From an uncultured Christensenella sp. (GTDB lineage: Bacteria > Bacillota > Clostridia > Christensenellales > UBA1242): a stretch of 64,000 nucleotides of DNA. Shown here in pieces: positions 9,619 to 18,628 of this stretch. The position numbers and the translations under genes are program-made. The DNA is taken from assembly GCA_949300385.1 (NCBI GenBank), contig CASGDZ010000001.1, positions 6,152 to 70,151 on the forward strand, in the 5' to 3' direction. Numbering within the stretch: position 1 is the first letter of the stretch; every line of letters begins with the position of its first letter. Under the pieces are notes generated by a model that had not been told where the DNA came from, searched no databases, and was given only the letters and a program-made list of their open reading frames with translations.

Positions 9619-9764
9619 AATTTAGGTAAGATAACACAAAAATACAAGGAATTATCTTAAAACTTTAATATTTTTTAGTAGATTGCTATAAATTCAAAAA
9701 ATTAATAAAAACAATATATTGACATAAAACAAAAAATCCGCTTTTAAATCGGCGGATTTTTATA

Positions 9765-9838
9765 TGGAGCGGGTGAAGAGAATCGAACCCTCGTAACTAG
9801 CTTGGAAGGCTAGCGCTCTACCATTGAGCTACACCCGC
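9765..9838 (-). tRNA. tRNA-Gly(TCC)
   Basis: Cloverleaf, loop CTTCCAA, CCA end; terminator hairpin at about 9732-9761. Confidence 0.95.
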
Positions 9839-10078
9839 ACGATGAATACAAGTATATTATCATATTTTTTTCGTAGTTGTCAAGATAATTTATTATGTTT
9901 TTCAAAAATATTTAAGTCTTAATAATAATTTTATTTAAAATTTTTTAAAAATTTTGTAAAATTCACTTGTTTTTTTCATTTCTATGTTGTATAATACAAA
10001 AGTCGCAAACATAAAAGAGTTGTTCACTCATATAAAATCATTTATTCAAACACAAAAATTTAATATACCAAATAATAT

Positions 10079-10226
10079 GGTTCATTAGCTTTAGGTGAGA
10101 GCACATGACTTTTAATCATGGGTGAGCGCGTAAAGAAAACAATTGATAATTGTTTTTAGCGAGCGAACGGGAGCAATCTATGATTGCGGTCCGGTTCCGA
10201 CAGGAGATCCCGGTTCCCTGGGACAC
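10079..10226 (+). repeat. tRNA-associated element, family A, at tRNA-Lys(TTT)
   Basis: Copy of the tRNA 5' half through the anticodon arm (10079-10121, D-loop altered), shared core 10122-10193, and 10217-10226 matching the reverse complement of GTGTCCCGGG at 9/10. Confidence 0.85.
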
Positions 10227-10253
10227 AAATATCTTAATATATCAAACTAATAT

Positions 10254-10329
10254 GGTTCATTAGCTCAGTTGGTAGAGCACATGACTTTTAATCATGGTGT
10301 CCCGGGTTCAAGTCCCGGATGAGCCACCA
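10254..10329 (+). tRNA. tRNA-Lys(TTT)
   Basis: Cloverleaf, loop CTTTTAA, CCA end. Confidence 0.95.
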
Positions 10330-10362
10330 TTTTATTTTAAGTGGCATTTAATAATGTCATAT

Positions 10363-10526
10363 GCGGATGTGGCGAAATTGGCAGACGCGCGCGTCATAAT
10401 GCGCTTTTTAGTCAATTTGCTAAGCGCAAATATAGACCTTTCGGCGATTATTCCTTTCCCCATTAGACTTTTGTCTAACGTGGACCCCGAAAGTCTAGCG
10501 CTAATATAGTCCATAGTATAATGACG
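10363..10526 (+). repeat. tRNA-associated element, family B, at tRNA-Leu(TAG)
   Basis: 28-bp exact copy of the tRNA 5' end (10363-10390), core with TCCTTTCCCC-hairpin-GTGGACCCC, and 10491-10501 equal to the reverse complement of tRNA 10574-10584. Confidence 0.85.
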
Positions 10527-10549
10527 ATAAACTTATATACAACAAAAAT

Positions 10550-10632
10550 GCGGATGTGGCGAAATTGGCAGACGCGCTAGACTTAGGATCTAGTGGGTGA
10601 CCGTGGGGGTTCAAGTCCCTTCATCCGCACCA
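10550..10632 (+). tRNA. tRNA-Leu(TAG)
   Basis: Cloverleaf with variable arm, loop CTTAGGA, CCA end. Confidence 0.95.
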
Positions 10633-10751
10633 TACAAGAATAAAACGAACCTTGAGAACTCAAAGTTTGTTTTTTAATATAATTAAATTCGACATATTTT
10701 TGTATTTTAGTTGCATCTATTTCAAGTATATTATATTATATTATTATTTAC

Positions 10752-11319
10752 ATGTATATCACGTCGCAAATTCTAGTTTTTATAGGATTAATCATTGATT
10801 TAATAGGTAAGTGCTTAAAAAGGAAAGGTCAAGTTTTAACTTTCAATATTATAGCATCAATTTTTTATACTCTAAGTTATGTATTTTTAATAAGTTGGTT
10901 AGGAGTGATTGTAAATTTCCTAAATCTTGTTAGAAGTTTATGGTTTGTTTATTTGACGAAGAAAGATAGCGGATATAAAAAATACATTTTTTCCAATTTT
11001 TTGCATTTTATTCATTTTTATAATAAATATGTTTATCTTTTGGAATAATGCATTAGATTTAATACTTTTAGCATCAATATCAATATCAACTATTGGTTTT
11101 TCTTTAAAAAATATGTTTCATGTTAGAATTTCAATGCTTATAAATGGATTTTTATTTATTGTCTATAATTTTACATTACAAGGATATGTTAATATGTTCT
11201 GTGATTTGACCGGTATAATTATATCTATAACATTTATAATTATTTACGATATCATACCTTATATTAAAAATAAAAAATCAATTAAAAACTCTAATAATAA
11301 AATGGAAGAAAAAACTTAA
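10752..11319 (+). pseudogene. YgjV-like inner membrane protein split by a +1 frameshift
   Basis: Two hydrophobic ORFs (10752-11048 and 11029-11319) join in frame if one T is removed from the T6 run at 10987-10992. Confidence 0.6.
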
Positions 11320-11427
11320 ATAATATTTAAGATTTTTAAGTTTTTTGATTTTATTTGTTAAAAATAATTGACTTTTTTGTTTTTTATGCTAATATTATCT
11401 AGTACACTTTTAAAAATTGTACTTTAT

Positions 11428-11502
11428 TGGGGTATCGCCAAGCGGTAAGGCACAAGACTTTGACTCTTGCATGCGGTAGTTCGAATCTACCTACCCCAGC
11501 CA
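11428..11502 (+). tRNA. tRNA-Gln(TTG)
   Basis: Cloverleaf, loop CTTTGAC, CCA end. Confidence 0.95.
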
Positions 11503-11583
11503 TATAACATATTCGTAAACTAGTTAGGTTTTGATTATTCTAATGGTTTAGAGTGTGCTATTTATTCTTATCAAGATTCGTAT

Positions 11584-11660
11584 GGTGGCTATAGTTCAGT
11601 TGGTAGAGCGCCAGATTGTGGATCTGGTTGTCGTGGGTTCGAGTCCCTCTAGCCACCCCA
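11584..11660 (+). tRNA. tRNA-His(GTG)
   Basis: Cloverleaf with G-1, loop TTGTGGA, CCA end. Confidence 0.95.
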
Positions 11661-11842
11661 TTAAGTCGTGTTTTATACACGATTTTTTTTATTTATAAGT
11701 AAAATTAAAACACAAAAAATTAAATTTAATAGAAAATATTTAGGATAAAAATTTCTTAAAATGATAAAAAAGATTTTAAGTTTTGTTTATTTATGATATA
11801 ATAAATTTATCAATAAATAGGAAATAAATGATAGGGGTATTT

Positions 11843-14203
11843 ATGGATAAATTTTCAACTAATGAATATTTGACAAAACTTGACGGATATTGGCGGGCTA
11901 CAAATTATCTTTCACTAGCACAATTATATTTACTTGATAATCCGCTAATGCGTGATCACGAACTGTGCATGGACGACATTAAGAAAAAACTTGTTGGACA
12001 TTGGGGAACTGTGCCGGGGCAAAATTTTATTTATGCGCATTGCAACAGAGTTATTAACAAGTATAATCTTGATATGATATTATTGTCAGGGCCGGGACAT
12101 GGTGGCAATTTTTTGACATCTAACTGTTATTTGGAAGGAACATATAGCGAGTACTATCCCAATATTTCGCGTGATAAAGAGGGAATGAATCGCTTTTGCA
12201 AGCAATTTTCTTTCCCAGGTGGAATAGGCTCGCATTGTGTGCCTGAAACGCCAGGCTCTATTCATGAAGGCGGAGAGTTGGGATATGTGTTAGCGCACGC
12301 ATATGGTGCGATTTTAGATAATCCAAATTTAATATCAGTTGCGATTGTTGGCGATGGAGAAGCAGAGACAGGTCCGCTGGCGACTTCGTGGCACAGCAAC
12401 AAGTTCATTAATCCAAAGACGGATGGCGCAGTTTTGCCTATACTTCATTTAAATGGATATAAGATAAGCAATCCAACTATTTTGTCGCGTTTAAGCAAAA
12501 AAGAATTGACTGACTTATTTAAAGGATATGGGTACAATCCATATTTTGTTGAGGGGTGTGATCCCATGAAAATGCACGCGCTTATGGCACAAACGATGGA
12601 TAAATGTATTGAAGAGATTAAGTCAATACAGACTATCGCGCGTGAAAATAAGGAATATGTGCGCAAACCTTTCCCTATGATAATACTCCGAACACCAAAG
12701 GGGTGGACATGTCCAAAAATGTTAGATGGAAAACAAATAGAAGGAAGTTTCCGCGCACATCAAATCCCGCTAACACAGGACAATAAAGACTTCTTAGCTA
12801 TATTAAAAAATTGGTTAAATTCATACAAACCAAATGAACTTTTTGACAAAAATTATCGTTTAAAGCGTGAATATTTTAGCATTGTTCCAAAACCTGAAAA
12901 ACGCATATGCGCTAGTCCATATGCAAATGGTGGCAGATTATTAAAACCGCTAAAAACACCTAATATTGACGATTATGCTGTTAAATTTAAAGGTCATGGC
13001 ACGATCAAGGCGCAAGACATGCTTGAATTAGGTGGATATATTCGCGACATATTTAAATTAAATAAACGCAATAAAAATTATAGGATATTTAGTCCAGATG
13101 AGGCGATGAGCAACCGATTGTATAAAGTTTTTGAAACAGAGAATAGAGACTTTAATGCAACAATTTTACCGACGGACGACAAACTTTCGCCAAATGGCAG
13201 AATCATGGATTCATTTTTAAGCGAACACGCGTGTGAAGGCTGGTTAGAAGGATATTTGCTTACAGGTAGACATGGAATGTTCAATAGTTATGAGGCGTTT
13301 ATTCGCGTTGTAGATAGTATGGTTGCGCAACACGCTAAATGGCTAAAAGTTTGCAACGAAATACCATGGCGCGCGCCAATATCATCGTTAAATTTGATTT
13401 TGACTAGCAATGTATGGCAACAAGACCACAATGGATTTACTCATCAAGACCCAGGATTTTTGGACCATATGGCAAATAAAAAAGCAGATGTAGTTCGAAT
13501 ATATCTCCCTGCGGATGCAAACTGCTTGTTGTCCTGCTATGACCATTGCGCAAATAGCAAAAATTATGTCAATTTAATAGTCGCTTCAAAGCACCCGACA
13601 TATCAATGGCTAAGCATGAAAGAGGCAAAAGTTCATTGCAAGAAAGGGGCTAGCGAATGGAAATGGGCGTCCGTTGGTGATAGCAAAAATCCTGATGTTG
13701 TGATTGCGTCATGCGGAGATACGGCGACAATTGAAAGTTTAGCTACCATTAGTCTAATCAAAAAATATTTACCTGAATTAAATGTAAAATTTGTCAATGT
13801 AGTTGATTTGATGAAATTAGTACCGAGCGACTCGCACCCACATGGTATGACGGACAAAGAATATGATGAACTTTTCACCACAAATAGTCCTATTCTATTT
13901 AATTTCCACGGATATCCTCAACTAATTCACATGTTGACATATAAACGCCATAATCATAATAATTTGCATGTCGCTGGATATATGGAAGAAGGCTCAATAA
14001 CTACTTCATTTGATATGCGCGTTAGAAATCATATTGATAGATATCATCAAATTTTAAAATTATTGAACTATATAAATGTTGATGAAAGTAAAAAGAAAGA
14101 GTTAAAATCGCTTATGGAGCAAAAGTTAAAAGAACATCATGACTATATTGTTGAATATGGGGTAGATATGCCAGAGGTGGCGGATTGGTATTGGAACAAT
14201 TAA
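11843..14203 (+). CDS. xfp: Xylulose-5-P/fructose-6-P phosphoketolase
   Basis: GHWGT, GPGHG, EGGELGY, GDGEAETGPLA and QDHNGFTHQDP motifs. Start at 11843 or 11828. Confidence 0.96.
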   Translation: MDKFSTNEYLTKLDGYWRATNYLSLAQLYLLDNPLMRDHELCMDDIKKKLVGHWGTVPGQNFIYAHCNRVINKYNLDMILLSGPGHGGNFLTSNCYLEGTYSEYYPNISRDKEGMNRFCKQFSFPGGIGSHCVPETPGSIHEGGELGYVLAHAYGAILDNPNLISVAIVGDGEAETGPLATSWHSNKFINPKTDGAVLPILHLNGYKISNPTILSRLSKKELTDLFKGYGYNPYFVEGCDPMKMHALMAQTMDKCIEEIKSIQTIARENKEYVRKPFPMIILRTPKGWTCPKMLDGKQIEGSFRAHQIPLTQDNKDFLAILKNWLNSYKPNELFDKNYRLKREYFSIVPKPEKRICASPYANGGRLLKPLKTPNIDDYAVKFKGHGTIKAQDMLELGGYIRDIFKLNKRNKNYRIFSPDEAMSNRLYKVFETENRDFNATILPTDDKLSPNGRIMDSFLSEHACEGWLEGYLLTGRHGMFNSYEAFIRVVDSMVAQHAKWLKVCNEIPWRAPISSLNLILTSNVWQQDHNGFTHQDPGFLDHMANKKADVVRIYLPADANCLLSCYDHCANSKNYVNLIVASKHPTYQWLSMKEAKVHCKKGASEWKWASVGDSKNPDVVIASCGDTATIESLATISLIKKYLPELNVKFVNVVDLMKLVPSDSHPHGMTDKEYDELFTTNSPILFNFHGYPQLIHMLTYKRHNHNNLHVAGYMEEGSITTSFDMRVRNHIDRYHQILKLLNYINVDESKKKELKSLMEQKLKEHHDYIVEYGVDMPEVADWYWNN

Positions 14204-14235
14204 TATAAATTATTAATATTTATAAGGAGGCTGAT

Positions 14236-16842
14236 ATGTTAGAATTAAAATCAATTAGTAAGAACTATGTTTTAAAAGACCAGTCAGTTATGGCGTTAAA
14301 TCAAGTTAGCGTTTGTTTCCGTCGAAATGAGTTCGTATCAATTTTAGGACCAAGCGGATGTGGTAAAACTACACTTTTAAACATAATAGGCGGACTAGAT
14401 AGATATAGCGATGGTGATTTAATTATTGACGGAGTTTCAACAAAAAAATACAAAGATAAAGATTGGGATAACTATCGAAATCATAGAGTAGGTTTTGTAT
14501 TCCAAAACTATAATTTAATTCAGCATTTGACAGTGTTGGAGAATGTTGAACTTGCTCTCACTTTGTCTGGCATAAAGCCGAAAGAGAGAAAAGCACGTGC
14601 GACAGAAGTTTTGAACCAAGTGGGATTGGGAGACAAATTACATTCACGCCCAAATCAGTTGTCTGGTGGTCAAATGCAAAGGGTTGCAATAGCGCGTGCG
14701 TTAGTAAATGACCCTGAAATCATTTTAGCCGATGAACCAACAGGTGCGCTTGATAGTAAAACAAGTGTGCAAATCATGGATCTATTGAAAGAAGTTAGCA
14801 ATGACCGTCTTGTTATTATGGTAACACACAATCCAGACTTAGCAGAAAAGTATTCAACTCGTATTGTGCGCTTGCTAGACGGAGAGTTGATCGCAGATTC
14901 TATGCCTTATAGCGAAAAGGAGAGCAAGAAAGAAGTAAAAAATCATAATAAACAATTAGAAGAAAAACTAAAAAAAGAAGAAAAAATTGCTTCAAAATCA
15001 CAAGGACGCTTTAAAAAGACAGAGAAAAAGAAATCCATGTCATTATTTACTGCACTTTCTTTAAGTTTTAAAAACTTATTGACTAAGAAAGGGCGAACAA
15101 CAATGGTCGCATTTGCAGGAAGCATAGGAATTATAGGTATCGCACTTATCCTTGCCGTTAGTGCCGGTATGACCAATTACATAAATAACATGCAAGGGGA
15201 GTCGTTAGCCAATTATCCAGTGGCAGTTTCTACTGTCTCGCTTGACTTGAGTGGAGCAGTAGACTCAATCATGTCATCAGTTGTAGTTGGTGGAGATAGC
15301 GACGATGCAATTAATGTTAATGATGAGTCTACACAATTAATGCGTTTAGGACGAATTAACTACTTAAATGATGACTTTGTGAGTTATGTTTTAAATTATT
15401 ATAAAGACGAAGATAACGCAAAAAATATTAATGCTTTATCAATTAGTTACGCAACAAACCTTAAATTAATAAGCAAAACGACTAACGCGAACGATTCAGA
15501 TATATATAAGAAAATTTATAGTGAATTAACTTTGGATGCAACATCAGGTGTATATAGTTCATTGTTCTTTGAAGGATTTAGTGAAGAGTATACTGATTAT
15601 GTGCTATCAATGTACGATGTAGTTGGAGGAGATGAAGCACATTTTCCTAATAATAAAAATGAAGTTGCATTAGTAGTCAATTCATCATCAATTTCAAAAA
15701 AACTACTTGATAATTTAGATATAAAATACGATGTTGAATATGGTATTGTAAAACCTGTTGAATATTCCAGTATCATTGGGAAAACATATCGTCTGTTATT
15801 AAATGATGGTTATTATGATGAAACAGGCAAGCCATATTATAATTTTAAAGGAGAAGTAGAGCAAACTGCATTGCAAGATTTGTATAATAATACGAGCGAA
15901 GAGAACTATATTGATTTGATCATTAGTTGTATTTTAATTCAAAAAGAAGATAGTTCGGGAGATTTATTTAATGACGGAATTATGTACACGCACGAGTTGG
16001 CAGAATTTTATCATAATAATGCAACGCAATCTGATGCAGTCGCAGGGGTAAAATCAAAATATCTTAATGACGGCGTGCTAATAAATAATGGTGATATTTT
16101 ATTTGATGAACCTTATGTTTTAAATATAGGTGAATTATCATTATTGGAATATGACAAAGATATGTTTACTTATGAAACACCTAACGAGATGAAGAGTGCT
16201 ATATCAAATGATTTGTTTGAATTAGATTTAACTGATGAAGAATTGATAGATTTCTATTTGCAGATGTATGGAGCTAGTAGTATTCCTATAGGTGTCTATT
16301 TATACGCAAAAGACTTTGATTCAAAAGATAGCATCGTTTCTATGTTAAACGCTTACAATGAAAATCCGGATCATAGAGCGATAACTTATAGTGATAATAG
16401 TGCATTTATAACAAGTATTCTCGGTGATTTGGTTAACATTATTTCATATGTACTTATCGCGTTTGCTGGAATATCGCTAGTAGTATCTAGCATTATGATA
16501 GGTATAATAACATATACTTCAGTTATTGAAAGAACGAAAGAAATTGGAGTATTACGAAGTATCGGTGCTGCAAAACGCGATGTTTCGCGCGTGTTCAATG
16601 CGGAGACTATCATCATTGGATTATTTGCTGGAATTATTGGTATTATTATGTCTGGCTTGTTTAGTCTATTGATAAGTTTAATATTGAAATCTTTAACAGG
16701 TATAGCATGCTTGGCTACTATGGAAGTTTGGTCTAGTTTGATATTGATTATCGTAAGCGTCGTTTTAACATTTGTTGCGGGACTAATTCCTGCTCGAATC
16801 GCTTCTAAAAAAGACCCTGTTATTGCACTTCGAAGTGAATAA
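14236..16842 (+). CDS. MacB/FtsX-type ABC transporter, ATPase-permease fusion
   Basis: GPSGCGKT, LSGGQ, DEPTG motifs; C-terminal ERTKEIG..R.IGA FtsX domain. Confidence 0.92.
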   Translation: MLELKSISKNYVLKDQSVMALNQVSVCFRRNEFVSILGPSGCGKTTLLNIIGGLDRYSDGDLIIDGVSTKKYKDKDWDNYRNHRVGFVFQNYNLIQHLTVLENVELALTLSGIKPKERKARATEVLNQVGLGDKLHSRPNQLSGGQMQRVAIARALVNDPEIILADEPTGALDSKTSVQIMDLLKEVSNDRLVIMVTHNPDLAEKYSTRIVRLLDGELIADSMPYSEKESKKEVKNHNKQLEEKLKKEEKIASKSQGRFKKTEKKKSMSLFTALSLSFKNLLTKKGRTTMVAFAGSIGIIGIALILAVSAGMTNYINNMQGESLANYPVAVSTVSLDLSGAVDSIMSSVVVGGDSDDAINVNDESTQLMRLGRINYLNDDFVSYVLNYYKDEDNAKNINALSISYATNLKLISKTTNANDSDIYKKIYSELTLDATSGVYSSLFFEGFSEEYTDYVLSMYDVVGGDEAHFPNNKNEVALVVNSSSISKKLLDNLDIKYDVEYGIVKPVEYSSIIGKTYRLLLNDGYYDETGKPYYNFKGEVEQTALQDLYNNTSEENYIDLIISCILIQKEDSSGDLFNDGIMYTHELAEFYHNNATQSDAVAGVKSKYLNDGVLINNGDILFDEPYVLNIGELSLLEYDKDMFTYETPNEMKSAISNDLFELDLTDEELIDFYLQMYGASSIPIGVYLYAKDFDSKDSIVSMLNAYNENPDHRAITYSDNSAFITSILGDLVNIISYVLIAFAGISLVVSSIMIGIITYTSVIERTKEIGVLRSIGAAKRDVSRVFNAETIIIGLFAGIIGIIMSGLFSLLISLILKSLTGIACLATMEVWSSLILIIVSVVLTFVAGLIPARIASKKDPVIALRSE

Positions 16843-16987
16843 AAATTAATTAAATAATAAATTGTAAATTCAAAAAAAATGATTTTTAATATAAAATTAA
16901 TACCTTTTGTTAAAAATCATTTTTTTATTTATATTTTATACATATAAATTTTTGACAATATTTTATTTTTAATATAAAATTATAAGC

Positions 16988-18295
16988 ATGAGAATTTATA
17001 AAAAATATAAGAAAATAAATTTAATTAATGGTGGTGTTTTGTACTACACTAAAAATACTATAAGCAAAACTACTAAAGTTAGCCTTGCTTTTGATTGCGG
17101 TTCAAGAGTTGAAAAAATACCCGGATTAGCGCATTTTACTGAGCATATGTTTTTTGCAGGTACAGACGAGTTACGCACTAAACAAGAGGTGGCGGATAAA
17201 TATTTCAAATTTATTGGGGCTAATGCCTTCACCAACATTTATAAGATTAATTTTGCAGGGAATATATTTACAGAAGAATTAGAGGATTATGTTAAACTTG
17301 TATCGCATTTAATTACGCATAGTACCTTTAATAAAAAAGCTGTAGAAAGTGAAATAAAGGTTGTCCAACAAGAAATTGCTAATAGTATAGACAATAATAG
17401 ACAAATGGTTGGATATATTGATGATTACAATGTTTTTAAACATGAAACATTTAAAAATACTATTTTGGGTTCAGCAAAATCAGTTGCTACAATTAAAAGT
17501 AAAGATGTTAAAGATTATGTTAAAAAATATTTTGTTGCCAACAATTTAGATGCTTTTGTAGTGTCGCCTTTATCGTTAAAAAAAGTCAAGAAAATTATAG
17601 AAAATAATTTATCAAATAATTTGCCTGTAAATGAAAATTTTGAACGCTTAGATTACAACTTCTTAGATATAAAGGATAATAATTTTTATTCAATTACTAC
17701 TAAAAAAATTGGTAAAGCGTATGTTTACATTCATTTTAGTTTAAATAAAACAATGAATGACCGCAAATATATTAATAAATTTTTTCTAGTAATGGATATG
17801 ATGAATGATTTTTCACACGGAATGAATAAAGAATTACGCTTAGATAAAAATCTTGTTTATGGTTCTAGTATATCATTCTCTGCATTTAAAAATAGCGGAT
17901 ATTTAACATTCAAAACAGAGTGTGATAACGAAAATGTAAATCAAGTTATAACAGCACTATCTAATTATATTAAAAAAGTGCTAACTAATGGATTTAGTCA
18001 AGAAGAATTGACTAATGTTAAACGATATTTTAGATTTACTGATAAGAATAACGAACCGCGTACAAATAACTTAAATAATAAGTTGTTCTTTTACAAGAGA
18101 CACGGTTACATTGAGAGATATAAAGATATTAAAAAATTATGTTTATCGACTACTTTAGATGAATGTAACCGAATGTTTAAAGAAGTATTTACTTCCCCTA
18201 AAGTTAGTTTAACATTAGTGAGCGATTTGGATAAAAAATCAGTTATGACGAAGAAAGAATTTAATAAATTATTTGACAATACGAATATTGATTAA
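16988..18295 (+). CDS. M16 (pitrilysin) family peptidase
   Basis: GLAHFTEH inverted zinc motif and NAFT. Confidence 0.88.
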   Translation: MRIYKKYKKINLINGGVLYYTKNTISKTTKVSLAFDCGSRVEKIPGLAHFTEHMFFAGTDELRTKQEVADKYFKFIGANAFTNIYKINFAGNIFTEELEDYVKLVSHLITHSTFNKKAVESEIKVVQQEIANSIDNNRQMVGYIDDYNVFKHETFKNTILGSAKSVATIKSKDVKDYVKKYFVANNLDAFVVSPLSLKKVKKIIENNLSNNLPVNENFERLDYNFLDIKDNNFYSITTKKIGKAYVYIHFSLNKTMNDRKYINKFFLVMDMMNDFSHGMNKELRLDKNLVYGSSISFSAFKNSGYLTFKTECDNENVNQVITALSNYIKKVLTNGFSQEELTNVKRYFRFTDKNNEPRTNNLNNKLFFYKRHGYIERYKDIKKLCLSTTLDECNRMFKEVFTSPKVSLTLVSDLDKKSVMTKKEFNKLFDNTNID

Positions 18296-18628
18296 TGAAA
18301 ATTTTTTAAATATTGCAATGGAAAAAATAAAAATTTGAAATTTAATAAAAATTAAATTATCTTTACAAAAAATTATAAAAAATAGAGCAAACAATGCTCT
18401 ATTTTTTGTATTTTTGTCGAATTGAAAAATTCTTATTAAATACTTGACTTATCTCTAAATTCATGTATAATAAGAATAAGTTATTAATTAAGTGGCTGTT
18501 CACTTACTGATTTCAATGTAGCAAAGACATATTTGTTTTTGTAACATTTTGTGTATGGGGAAAATACGAAATTTAAGGTTAATGCCTTTTTAATAATTTT
18601 CAAATATATTTTAAATTAAGGAGAAATT

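Noticed and set aside
10079-10226. Intron-containing or split tRNA-Lys
   Set aside because: No acceptor-stem 3' strand or CCA follows the insert, the D-loop is altered, the insert is too short for a group I intron, and an intact copy follows.
10294-10514. Short ORFs 10294-10509 and 10332-10514
   Set aside because: They overlap tRNA-Lys or the non-coding element and have no RBS.
10363-10526. T-box riboswitch interpretation of the tRNA-linked elements
   Set aside because: No T-box GGTGGNACC antiterminator motif and no downstream amino-acid gene; two of the five copies are antisense to the tRNA.
8308-10632. CRISPR array suggested by the repeated segments
   Set aside because: The repeats are tRNA-derived or two-copy cores, not regularly spaced, and there are no cas genes in the window.
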